This document shows positions 19,062-28,597 of a stretch of DNA of 64,000 nucleotides, piece after piece. Source of the DNA: an uncultured Chloroflexia bacterium (GTDB lineage Bacteria; Chloroflexota; Anaerolineae; JAAYZQ01); the NCBI GenBank assembly GCA_963700285.1, contig CAVOXA010000001.1:736001-800000 (forward strand). The letters run 5' to 3'. Position numbers and translations under genes: made by a program. Every line of letters begins with the position of its first letter. Position 1 is the stretch's first letter. The notes under the pieces are model-generated. The model made no database searches, had not been told where the DNA came from, and saw only the letters and a program-made list of their open reading frames with translations.

Positions 19062-19820
19062 GTGATCGTCGATTCGCACGTGCACATTGGCACCACGGTA
19101 CACCATTTCGAACAGCTGGAAGCAACCGACGACGACATCCTGCGAGAGATGGATGCCCATGGCGTGGATATGGCCGTCCTGTGCCCGGCTGGCGCTGCCC
19201 TGGCGGTCCAAAATCGCCAGGGTAACGACTTGGTCGCTTCGGCTGTCCGGGCGCATCCCGACCGGTTTATCGGCCTGGGAACAGCCAATCCCTGGTACGG
19301 CGAGGCTGCGCTGGCCGAGCTGGACCGGGTCATTTACGGCCTGGGTCTGAGCGGCTTCAAGTTCCACTCGCTGGTCCAGGGATTCCACCTGAATGATCCG
19401 CTCCTGGTCTACCCCCTGGTGGAAAAGGCCATCGATCTGGATGTACCGGTCTATTTCCACTGTGGGACACCGATCATGGCCATGCCCTACAAGATCCAAG
19501 ATCTGGCCCGGCGCTACCCCAAGGCCAAGCTGATCATGGGCCACCGGGGCTGGGACTATCACTTTGACGTGATCCACGTCGAACAAAACTGCCCGGGGAT
19601 ATGGATCGAGACTTCCAAGTGTGAATACGTGAACCTGGAGCACTCTTACAGGATGGGAAATGTCGGAAGACTCCTGTATGGCTCCGATTATCCCATCAGT
19701 TCCATGGCGCCCGAGTTGTCCAAAGTCCGCCGTCTGGTGGGCTTGACTTCTGAGCACGAGTCTGCTATCTTGGGGCGCAACTGCCAACGCCTGTTTGAGC
19801 TAGAGGAATATGACAGATAA
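19062..19820 (+). CDS. amidohydrolase family protein (Amidohydro_2); alternative start at 19041
   Basis: DSHVH, GFKFH, FHCGTP, MGHRG, IETS, YGSDYP motifs. Confidence 0.88.
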   Translation: MIVDSHVHIGTTVHHFEQLEATDDDILREMDAHGVDMAVLCPAGAALAVQNRQGNDLVASAVRAHPDRFIGLGTANPWYGEAALAELDRVIYGLGLSGFKFHSLVQGFHLNDPLLVYPLVEKAIDLDVPVYFHCGTPIMAMPYKIQDLARRYPKAKLIMGHRGWDYHFDVIHVEQNCPGIWIETSKCEYVNLEHSYRMGNVGRLLYGSDYPISSMAPELSKVRRLVGLTSEHESAILGRNCQRLFELEEYDR

Positions 19821-20280
19821 GATACGCATCAAGGTCGATCGCCACGTGTGCAGCGGATGCCTGTCGTGCATGACTACCTGTTCCATGGCCAATGAATGGT
19901 ACGCCAGTCTTCCAGGGTCCCGGGTTCGGGTTGATCTGAGCCCCTTCGCCGACACCCACCGGATCACCCTCTGCCACCAGTGTGCTGCGACGTCCAGGTC
20001 GGAGGCCGCCTGCCTGCAAGCCTGCCCTGAGGGCGCGATCAGCCGCGATCCCGATGCCGGCCATCTGGTGGTGGACTATGGTCGGTGCACTGGCTGTAAG
20101 GCCTGCATTGAGGCCTGTCCCTTGAACGCCATGTTCTGGAATCCAATTTCGGAGCACGTGATCAAGTGCGAGCTGTGCGACGGCGACCCGCAATGCGTAC
20201 AGGCCTGTCCGACTGGCGCCCTGACGATCCGGGTCGTACCAGGCAGGAAAGCCATTGGAAAGCGCGAGCGAAACCGATGA
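19810..20280 (+). CDS. 4Fe-4S dicluster protein (AOR electron-transfer subunit)
   Basis: CSGCLSCMTTC, CHQC...CLQACP, CTGCKACIEACP, KCELC...CVQACPTGAL. Confidence 0.92.
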   Translation: MTDKIRIKVDRHVCSGCLSCMTTCSMANEWYASLPGSRVRVDLSPFADTHRITLCHQCAATSRSEAACLQACPEGAISRDPDAGHLVVDYGRCTGCKACIEACPLNAMFWNPISEHVIKCELCDGDPQCVQACPTGALTIRVVPGRKAIGKRERNR

Positions 20281-22268
20281 AGCGAAGCAATGGCTGGGTG
20301 GGCAAGATCCTGTGGGTCGACCTCAATGATCGGACAACGCGCACGCTGGATACGGCGGACTATGGCCCGGGCTATATCGGAGGACGCGGGATCGCCGCCC
20401 GCATCGCTTGGGACGCGATCCCACCAGGCGTTGGTGCGCTCGATCCGGAAAACCTGTTCATGGTCTTTACTGGACCGCTGAGTGGCACGACCGCTCCCTT
20501 TTCCGGACGGACCTCCATCTGCGGCCTGAGTCCGCAGGGGTGGCCCCAGGAGTGGTTCAGCCGCTCAAACGTCGGAGGGCATTGGGGTCCGTCACTAAAG
20601 TACGCGGGCTACGATGGGTTGGTGGTCGAGGGACAGGCCGATTCGCCTGTGACGCTGTGGATCACCGACGACAAGGTCGTGTTGCTGGACGCCGGTCACC
20701 TGTGGGGTATGGGTGTCATGGACACCCAACAGGCGCTCATGGGTGAACTGGGCAACGATATTCGAATCCTGACCATCGGACAGGCGGGTGAGAGGCTCAG
20801 CCGTATTGCCACGGTGGCCACGGAGACCAATTCGGCTGCCGGTCAAGGGGGCTTTGGCGCGGTCATGGGTTCCAAGAACCTCAAGGCCATCGCCGTGCGC
20901 GGCAGCGGGCCCGTCTACGTTGCCGAACCGGAGTTATTCCTGGCCCGATGCAAGGCGATCGCCGAGGAAGCTCGCACCGGTAGCCGTTTTGCCAATACTG
21001 AGCTGGACCCGGAGCGGGTGACTGGGTTTAAGCAGCGATGGCAGGCCTGCACCCAACAGTGTGGGATGCGTTGCGGCATGGTCTGCCGTTTCTACGGCGA
21101 GGTCAGGGGACCGGCTACCGGCGAGGTGCTCTCCGGCCAATTCCACTGCGTCTCAAACTTTTTCCCGGGCATACCCAATAGCTTTTACGACTGGGATCTG
21201 GGGTTCGAGGGGGCCTTTGAAGCCCGGCACCTGTCGGACAACTATGGTCTCAATCAGTGGGATCTGCTCCTGGGCATCATACCCTGGCTGCGGCTGTGCG
21301 GTCCGGCGCCCGCGGGAGCTGGGCTGGTGCGTGAGGTCAACGGCCGGGCCATCGACTTTGACGACCCGACCTTCTGGGCCCATCTCTTCCGAGTCATTGC
21401 CTACCGAGAGGGAATAGGCGATGCCCTGGCCGAGGGCGGCCGCCGGGCGCCAGCCCTGTTGGGCTATGGGCAGGAGCTGGCCGAGCCGTTGTTCACCGCA
21501 TGGGGCAGCGCCGGCCACTGGGATGGTCATGGAGACCGGGGCAACCGCATCGTCTATCCCTTCTGGCTGGCGCCGGCCGTGCAGTGGGCCGTGGACGTCC
21601 GGGATCCTTTTAGCAGCGCCCACGGGTATACGGCGCTGACCATGCATTGGTCGCCATTCCTCAACGATGAAGGCTTGTCCTGGGACACTATCAAGGCGGT
21701 GGGCCAGCGTATCTATGGCACCGAGCAAGCCGTGGATCCCATGAGTGATTATGAGGCCAAAGAGATCCCGGCCGTGTGGCACGGACATCGCAGCGTGATG
21801 AAGGACTCGGTGACGGTGGACGACAATGTTTTTCCTATGATCTTGAGTACCAACAGTACGGATGGGCTGGCCCGTGCGGGTGATATGCTGGGTCCCGATT
21901 TTGAATATCACCTCTTTAGGTCAGCGACGGGCGCTGGCCTGACGCGTGAGGAATTTGAGCTGGCTTGCGAGCGCGTGTTCAACCTGGAACGCGCCATCCA
22001 AGTGCGGAACTTTGGGCGGCAGCGGGGCGATGACGAGACCGTGATCCCCCAGTTCGAGCGCGAGGAGTGGTGGGAGAATCCCCTCATTGGCGAAAAGAGG
22101 CGACTGGACCGGACCAAGTTCATCCCGCTCCTGGAAAGGTACTACCGGCTGCGGGGATGGGATCTGATGCAGGGGCGACCTACCTGGTCCAAGCTGCGGG
22201 AGCTGGGGCTGGACGATGTGGCCAAGGAACTGGCCCAGGCTGACCTTATCGAGAGCGATACGATTTAA
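20277..22268 (+). CDS. aldehyde:ferredoxin oxidoreductase (AOR/WOR family)
   Basis: GKILWVDL, IGGRG, LKYAGYDG, GFGAVMGSKNLKAIAVRG, Cys cluster, REGIGDALAEG, YYRLRGWD. Confidence 0.92.
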   Translation: MKRSNGWVGKILWVDLNDRTTRTLDTADYGPGYIGGRGIAARIAWDAIPPGVGALDPENLFMVFTGPLSGTTAPFSGRTSICGLSPQGWPQEWFSRSNVGGHWGPSLKYAGYDGLVVEGQADSPVTLWITDDKVVLLDAGHLWGMGVMDTQQALMGELGNDIRILTIGQAGERLSRIATVATETNSAAGQGGFGAVMGSKNLKAIAVRGSGPVYVAEPELFLARCKAIAEEARTGSRFANTELDPERVTGFKQRWQACTQQCGMRCGMVCRFYGEVRGPATGEVLSGQFHCVSNFFPGIPNSFYDWDLGFEGAFEARHLSDNYGLNQWDLLLGIIPWLRLCGPAPAGAGLVREVNGRAIDFDDPTFWAHLFRVIAYREGIGDALAEGGRRAPALLGYGQELAEPLFTAWGSAGHWDGHGDRGNRIVYPFWLAPAVQWAVDVRDPFSSAHGYTALTMHWSPFLNDEGLSWDTIKAVGQRIYGTEQAVDPMSDYEAKEIPAVWHGHRSVMKDSVTVDDNVFPMILSTNSTDGLARAGDMLGPDFEYHLFRSATGAGLTREEFELACERVFNLERAIQVRNFGRQRGDDETVIPQFEREEWWENPLIGEKRRLDRTKFIPLLERYYRLRGWDLMQGRPTWSKLRELGLDDVAKELAQADLIESDTI

Positions 22269-22427
22269 CCAAAGGGACACAGAGGACGCGGAGTCATTTT
22301 GGGGCTATTGAGAGGACCTTGGTTCTTCTGCACTTTAGCGGCAAATACTGGGGATCCAAGGTAGACTGGACAAGGCGCCGGTAACAGAGACTAGCGTCTG
22401 TTGTGCACAAGTGCAAGAGGAGCAGGA

Positions 22428-23252
22428 ATGATGTTTGAGAAGATAGATCCCTTTGTGTTGGCTAGCGGTTTTCAGTCCCCCGAAGGGCCTAGTTTTGACC
22501 GGGAAGGTACCCTGCATTTTGTGGACTGGGACGCGCAGGTGGTCTACCGTGTCACTTTGGATGGCAAGGTGTCCCCCTTTGTCAATACGGCTGGCGTGCC
22601 GACGGGTTCCAAGTTCCACCGGAACGGCCATCTGTTCGTGGCTGATGGGGATCGAGGCATCCTGGATGTCTCGGCTGAGGGGAAGGTGCGCGTGGTCGCT
22701 TCCGGCTGGGAAGGACGGCGCTTTCGTGGCCCCAATGACCTGGTTTTCGCCGCCAACGGCGATCTCTATTTCACCGATCCCAAGGGCTCCGATCCTGAGC
22801 ACCCCATCGGCAACGTCTTCCTCATGCGCCAGGATGGCCATGTCGAGCGCTTTGCCGGAGGATTCCAATTCCCCAATGGTATTGTCCTCTCTGATGATGG
22901 CCGGACGCTGTATTTGGGTGAAACCTACCCCAATCACGTTCTGGCCTTCGACCTGGACGAACAAGGCCACGAGCAGGCCCGGCGAGTATTTGCCAGGCTG
23001 GAGGGCGGCCTGGGGCCCGATGGCATGGCCTTTGGACGAGACGGCAACTTGTATGTGGCCCATTATGGTAAGGGGGCCGTAGCCGTGATCGATCCTGGGG
23101 GCAGGGTGATCGCGGAACTGCCGGTTGGGGGCATGAACCCAACCAACGTCGCTTTCTGGGAGTCCAGCCTGTTCGTCACCGAAGTGGAAAAGGGCCAAGT
23201 CGTGCGGCTGGACATTGGCGTTGAGGGTCAAGTGCTGTATGGCCTCACCTGA
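22428..23252 (+). CDS. SMP-30/gluconolactonase/LRE family protein
   Basis: PEGP, GPNDL, YFTDP, FPNGI, PDGM, PTNVAF motifs. Confidence 0.92.
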   Translation: MMFEKIDPFVLASGFQSPEGPSFDREGTLHFVDWDAQVVYRVTLDGKVSPFVNTAGVPTGSKFHRNGHLFVADGDRGILDVSAEGKVRVVASGWEGRRFRGPNDLVFAANGDLYFTDPKGSDPEHPIGNVFLMRQDGHVERFAGGFQFPNGIVLSDDGRTLYLGETYPNHVLAFDLDEQGHEQARRVFARLEGGLGPDGMAFGRDGNLYVAHYGKGAVAVIDPGGRVIAELPVGGMNPTNVAFWESSLFVTEVEKGQVVRLDIGVEGQVLYGLT

Positions 23253-23336
23253 CCCCTTTTCTCTTGTCCCAGCAAGTTGGGAACTCCCAGGCTGGATCGT
23301 GCAAACTGTTCGGGCACGGAAAGCTGAGGCTGTGAC

Positions 23337-24149
23337 ATGAAGCGTCTCGAAGGGAAGGTTGCGCTGATAACCGGCGCCTCGCGGGGCATCGGCCGCGGGA
23401 TCGCGCTGTGCCTGGCAGCTGAGGGGGCAGATATCGTTGTCAACTACCGGTCTCATGGCGATGAGGCGCGAGAGGTAGCCAACTGCATCCAGCAGATGGG
23501 TTGCCGCAGCCTGGTCTGCCGTGGCGATGTAGCTGAGCGGGACGCCGTCGTAGAGATGTTTGCCAAAGCCGTGGAGCATTATGGCCGCATCGACATCGTA
23601 GTGGCCAATGCCGGGATCAACATTCCAGGCTCCGTACTGGAGGCCGACTGGCAGAGCGTGCTGCGCGTCATCCAGGTCAGCCAGTTTGGCGTATTTCACA
23701 CGGCTCAGCTTGGGGCCCAACAGATGGTGAGACAGGCGTCGAGCGGCCATAGCGGAGGTAAGATCATCCTTGTCGGGTCCATCCACGAGCAGCTTGCGGT
23801 CCCCAGCAGCGCGGCGTACAATATGGCCAAGGCGGCGGTGGGCCACCTGGCCAGGACTATGGCTCTGGAGCTGGCGCCCTATCGGATCAACGTCAACATA
23901 GTCGCCCCAGGCCGCATCGACACTCCATCGACGCGTGGCTTTCTGGAGGGGAAGCGGTTGGAGGAAGCAAACCGGCATATTCCGTGGGGCCGGGTGGGGA
24001 CACCGGAGGAGATTGGCAAGGCCGTGGCCTACCTGGCCAGTGACGACGCCGACTATGTGACCGGAGCGACGTTGGTCATCGATGGCGGTTTTTCCATCAA
24101 CCTAGATCTGAGGATAGGGGAGTCGGACGTCTGGGGGAAACAAGATTAA
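23337..24149 (+). CDS. SDR oxidoreductase (glucose-1-dehydrogenase-like)
   Basis: TGASRGIG, NAG, SIHE, YNMAK, PWGRVG motifs. Confidence 0.9.
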   Translation: MKRLEGKVALITGASRGIGRGIALCLAAEGADIVVNYRSHGDEAREVANCIQQMGCRSLVCRGDVAERDAVVEMFAKAVEHYGRIDIVVANAGINIPGSVLEADWQSVLRVIQVSQFGVFHTAQLGAQQMVRQASSGHSGGKIILVGSIHEQLAVPSSAAYNMAKAAVGHLARTMALELAPYRINVNIVAPGRIDTPSTRGFLEGKRLEEANRHIPWGRVGTPEEIGKAVAYLASDDADYVTGATLVIDGGFSINLDLRIGESDVWGKQD

Positions 24150-24222
24150 GTCAGACCTGGTTGGTCAGAGTCTGTTGACCAATCCATGGCTGGCATGGAT
24201 AGTCCCGAACTCGGCAGATTAG

Positions 24223-25571
24223 CTACAACTGGGCATCACACGCGAGTTCCTGATTGCCACGATTGGCCACAAGCTTGAGGCGTTGGAGTTCCTTCACGTA
24301 TCTAGCGCCCTGCAAGTAGGGATAGACTGTGTTGTTGTGCAGGAGCGGGTCGACCCGCGGGGACAGGACGGTGTCGCCGTCCGGGGTGCCGGGGATGGGT
24401 GAGAACAGGGCCAGCTTGGCCTGGACGCCCAACCGGTGGGCGGCGCGTATGGTGGCCGCTACCTCTGAGAGGGGCTGGCCCGGTAGGCCAGCCAGGATGT
24501 AGGCCCCCAACTCGTGCGAACGAAAACCGGCTTCCCTAAGATGTGCGACTGCCTGTGCAAAGGCACCGGTGGTGACTTTGCCCCCAGTGGACTGCTGCCG
24601 GGCAGCGTCGACCGTCTCCAGCGACAGGCGGATCGAGGCAAAGCCCGCCCTGCGCAGCAGTACAGCCAAGTCGGCGGTGATCTCCCTGGCGTGCAGACCA
24701 TTGGGTGTGTAGAAGCGGACTTGCTCCCCCCCTGCCAGTACCCTTTCCAGGATGGGCACGATGTGGCGTTCCGCATTCAGTAGCAGGGCGTCGTCGTAGA
24801 AGGCGAAATCGTGCACGCCGCGCCGCGCGCAGTCCAAGATCTCGTCGGCGACTGCGGCGGGCTCCCGCTGGACAAAGGCCGGCTGCAGGCGGCGCTGGCG
24901 CAGTAGGTGCAGTCGTATGGGCAGCCCCAGGAGGTGAGCACACTGGCGAACCCGCGAGGAGAAGAAGGATGGAACAGCAAGTCGTGCGCGGGTGGCGGCC
25001 AGGCGCGAGCATCGGCGTAGGGGCCGGAGTCGAAACTGAAGCCAGTCACCTTTCCAGCCAGGCGCAAGGCCGCAGCCAGGCCCGGGCCGGATATCACCTC
25101 GTCAGCCCCAGAGTGCTCCCAGGCATGCTCCGGGCAGAGAGTAGCATATACGCCTCCAAGGACAACGGGCACCGGGCCAAACTGTGTCCGTACGTGGCGG
25201 ATCGCCTCTACCACGCCAGGATACCAGTAGGTCATGCCCGAAGCGACCATCACCAGGTCAGGGCGCAGCGTGGCTGCCAAGGCTGCATCGAAACGATCCA
25301 GGGGCAGGCCAAAGCGTCCGTAATGGCGCGGGACGGTAGACACCGGTTCCGGCTTGTCGATGATGGTCTTGAGGAACTTGCCCGAGCCATCGGAACGGGG
25401 CTGGGGCGCGCCAGGGAAGGGCGCGAGGCAGTCGATGAGGGTGACGCCGTAGCTATTGTTGCGCAGGGCAGCGGCAACAGTCAGAAGCCCCAATGGCTCG
25501 ATCCAGAGGTTGTGGGCTGCAAAGTCATAGATCCAGGGATTGATGAGGAGAATCTGGCCCTTGACGTCCAT
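24223..25571 (-). CDS. B12-binding-domain radical SAM protein, frameshift near 24893
   Basis: LLINPWIYDFAA, MTYWYPG, LGGVYA, GCPYDCTYCAS; continues FAFYDDALL...TPNGLH in the second frame. Confidence 0.85.
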
Positions 25572-25577
25572 GGGGGT

Positions 25578-25606
25578 ATTATACTGCCTGGCTGTACCCG
25601 AGACAA
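25578..25606 (-). promoter_or_regulatory. sigma70-like promoter directly before ATG (leaderless)
   Basis: Minus strand TTGTCT-17 nt-TATAAT-ACCCCC-ATG. Confidence 0.65.
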
Positions 25607-25856
25607 GCTGGGTGCCAACTATAATCGGGCTCGAGTAATGGTTTGGCGACCCATGTCCAGGTGACGGGCGAGATCTCCGGACTTAGCCCCAAGGATACTT
25701 GCCCAGCAATCGCCAATGCCTTGCATTTGCCTCTTCTAAACCTATGGATTACCATAGAAATTGTGTGAAAACAGGCGAAAAAAGGAACAAACCCCTCAGG
25801 TCCCTGATTGACTACTCGCTACGTATGGGGCGAGACTTGGTACCTGGTGAGGTTTC

Positions 25857-26495
25857 ATGATAGAATGCCCCATTGTGATTGAGGATAAGAGAGTAGAGGC
25901 GCCAGTAGCAGGCATCGTGCTGGCCGCCGGCGGGTCGGAGCGCATGGGAGAGCCCAAACAACTATTACCCATCGACGGCCAGCCGATGGTGCGCCGGGTG
26001 GTGGACGTAGTGTGTGGGGCAGGGCTGGACCAGGTCGTTGTGGTTACGGGTGCCTACGCCGGCCAGGTATCGCAAGCCCTAGTTGGCTTGCCCGTGGAGT
26101 TCGTGACCAACGAGGCGTGGCCCGAGGGTATGAGTGCTTCCTTGCGCAGGGGGCTTGGCGCCCTGCGTCCAGAGATCCAGGCGTCCATCATCGTGCTGGC
26201 CGATCAACCGACGCTGACGTCCGATGTGCTGTCAGCCCTGGTAGCTCGCTACCGGGCCACAGGGGCGCCCATCGTGGCGCCTGTATGGCAGGGGCGACGC
26301 GGCAACCCGGTGCTTTTTGACCGGAGGCTCTTTGCCGCTCTGTTGGCGGTGGAGGGAGACCAAGGGGGGCGGGTTCTTCTGACCCGCTATGCTGCCCAAG
26401 TGGAGCAAGTCGAGGTTGACGGTGCTGCCGTGTTATTTGACGTCGATACGCTGCAAGACTATGAAGAAGCACAGAAATTGAGTACCCGGTTGTGA
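25857..26495 (+). CDS. MocA-like nucleotidyltransferase (molybdenum cofactor cytidylyltransferase family)
   Basis: LAAGGSERMG..KQLL, GMSASL, LADQP, RGNPVLF, GDQGGR, DVDT motifs. Confidence 0.88.
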   Translation: MIECPIVIEDKRVEAPVAGIVLAAGGSERMGEPKQLLPIDGQPMVRRVVDVVCGAGLDQVVVVTGAYAGQVSQALVGLPVEFVTNEAWPEGMSASLRRGLGALRPEIQASIIVLADQPTLTSDVLSALVARYRATGAPIVAPVWQGRRGNPVLFDRRLFAALLAVEGDQGGRVLLTRYAAQVEQVEVDGAAVLFDVDTLQDYEEAQKLSTRL

Positions 26496-27730
26496 GTACC
26501 GTGAACCCCGTGACTGGTCCCAAGTGGCGCACGCTCGGGCTACTAGCCCTGGCGGTGCTGCTGGCCATGTCGTTGTGGTTCTCCGCCTCCGCGGTGGTTC
26601 CCCAGTTGACGGCGGTCTGGCGCCTGAGTGGGGGGCAGCAGTCGTGGTTGACCATGAGCGTACAGATCGGATTTGTGGTGGGCACTCTGCTGAGCGCACT
26701 GCTCAACCTGGCCGACCGGCTATCGCTGCGCTGGTTGATAGCGGGCAGCGCGCTGGCAGGGGCAGCTTGCAACGCGGCCATCGCTCTGTTTGTACGCAGC
26801 CCGGAACCGGCGATGTTCCTGCGCTTCCTGACCGGTATGACCATGGCCGGAGTCTACCCGCCAGGCATGAAGTTAGTGGCCACCTGGTGCAAGGAAGACC
26901 GGGGCTTGGGTATTGGTCTGCTGGTGGGAGCACTAACGGTTGGCTCGGCCATGCCCCACCTTCTGAACGCGCTGCCTGGGCTGGCGAGCGATATCAACAT
27001 TCCAGCGTGGCGCATGGTGCTCCTGGCATCATCGGTGCTGGCGCTGGTAGCTGCTGGGATCGCCGCACGCTTTGTTCGGGCTGGCCCGATGCTGCCGCCG
27101 GCCGTTCACTTCAATTGGCGCCTGGCGGGACTGGGCCTGACGGACCGGGCCGCGCGCCTGGCCAACTTTGGCTATCTGGGGCACATGTGGGAGTTGTATG
27201 CCATGTGGGCCTGGGTACCGCTGTTTCTCCTGGTGAGCTATGAACAGGCCGGTTGGAGCGAGGCGGCCGCCCGCCTGGCAGGCTTTGCCGTGGTGGCGGC
27301 TGGGGCCGCGGGCAGCGTGGCTGCCGGGTTGCTGGCTGACCGGTGGGGGCGTACCGCCATTACGACCATCAGCTTGGTCATCTCGGGAAGTTGTGCCTTG
27401 GTGGTCGGCTCCTTCTTTGGGTCGCCGGGTCTGCTCACGGCCCTGTGCCTGGTCTGGGGCTTTGCCGTCGTGGCCGACAGCGCCCAGTTCAGCACGGCCA
27501 TCAGCGAACTCGGCGATCCGCGCTACGTGGGCACCGCTCTGACGGTGCAGACCTGCCTGGGCTTCACCCTGACACTGTTCAGCATCCGCCTCATTCCACT
27601 ACTTGTGGAAGCGATAGGCTGGCAATGGGCTTTTGTGGTGCTTGCTCTGGGGCCGTTATTCGGTATCTGGAGCATGTTGCGTCTGCGGCGTCTGCCGGAC
27701 GCGGCCAAGATGGCATCTGGAAATCGGTGA
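26492..27730 (+). CDS. MFS transporter
   Basis: ~12 TM segments; LWFSASAV, YPPGMK, GYLGHMWELYAMW, ADSAQFS. Confidence 0.9.
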   Translation: MSTVNPVTGPKWRTLGLLALAVLLAMSLWFSASAVVPQLTAVWRLSGGQQSWLTMSVQIGFVVGTLLSALLNLADRLSLRWLIAGSALAGAACNAAIALFVRSPEPAMFLRFLTGMTMAGVYPPGMKLVATWCKEDRGLGIGLLVGALTVGSAMPHLLNALPGLASDINIPAWRMVLLASSVLALVAAGIAARFVRAGPMLPPAVHFNWRLAGLGLTDRAARLANFGYLGHMWELYAMWAWVPLFLLVSYEQAGWSEAAARLAGFAVVAAGAAGSVAAGLLADRWGRTAITTISLVISGSCALVVGSFFGSPGLLTALCLVWGFAVVADSAQFSTAISELGDPRYVGTALTVQTCLGFTLTLFSIRLIPLLVEAIGWQWAFVVLALGPLFGIWSMLRLRRLPDAAKMASGNR

Positions 27731-27748
27731 TCGCAGAGGGAGTAGCGG

Positions 27749-28597
27749 ATGAGTGCGAAGCAAGAGGCAAAACCCAGGAGGAAAATGACAAAGCTAGAAG
27801 ACGGACTGCGTATTCTTGAACATTTGGTAATCGATGTAGATGGAGTACTGTACCGGGGCACTGAGGCCATCCCTGGAACAGGCGCTTTCTTGGACTTTTT
27901 GCGAGGGCAGGGGATAGGCTTTGTGCTGGCGACCAACAACGCGACGCGTACGCCGGAGCAGTATGCGGAAAAGCTCTTAGGTATGGGCGTGATGGTCCGC
28001 CCCGAGGAGATACTCAACTCAGCCCAGGCCACGGCCAGCTACCTGGCGGGCATTGCACCGCAGGGAACCCGCGTTTTTGTCATCGGTCAGGAGGGGCTCA
28101 TCTCGGCGCTGCGCGACGAGGGCTTTGAGCTGGTGGACGAGCATGCGGAGTATGTGGTTGCCGGCATGGACTTTACCATCGGCTACGACCGGCTGGCTGA
28201 TGCAACCCTTCAGATTCGCGCTGGGGCGCAATTCATTGGCACCAACCCGGACCGGACCTTTCCCAGTGAGCGGGGGATTGTACCCGGGGCCGGCTCCTTG
28301 CTGGCGTTTCTGGAGACTGCCACAGACGTCAAGCCAACGGTCATTGGCAAGCCGGGGACGGCCATGATAGAGCAGGCTCTGACCCGCATGGGCGCCCGAG
28401 CTGCAACCACAGGCATGCTTGGCGACCGGCTGGAGACCGATATCCTGGCCGGACAACGGGCTGGGTTGCATACCTTGCTGGTACTCAGCGGGGTTACCGA
28501 CCGGGAGATGCTTAGGGAAGCGGCGATCCAGCCAGATCTGGTATTCCAGGATGTGGGAGACCTGCATGCAGTGTGGCAGGGTGTACTGGATGGCTGA
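27749..28597 (+). CDS. HAD-IIA family hydrolase (NagD-like)
   Basis: [34 protein letters not shown] motifs. Confidence 0.92.
   Translation: MSAKQEAKPRRKMTKLEDGLRILEHLVIDVDGVLYRGTEAIPGTGAFLDFLRGQGIGFVLATNNATRTPEQYAEKLLGMGVMVRPEEILNSAQATASYLAGIAPQGTRVFVIGQEGLISALRDEGFELVDEHAEYVVAGMDFTIGYDRLADATLQIRAGAQFIGTNPDRTFPSERGIVPGAGSLLAFLETATDVKPTVIGKPGTAMIEQALTRMGARAATTGMLGDRLETDILAGQRAGLHTLLVLSGVTDREMLREAAIQPDLVFQDVGDLHAVWQGVLDG

Noticed and set aside
22335-23978. 547-aa minus-strand ORF
   Set aside because: Antisense shadow of the lactonase and SDR genes; no motifs; common in high-GC DNA
25857-26495. MocA-like gene as maturation factor for the nearby AOR
   Set aside because: MCD cofactor serves the xanthine oxidase family, not AOR; separate transcription unit
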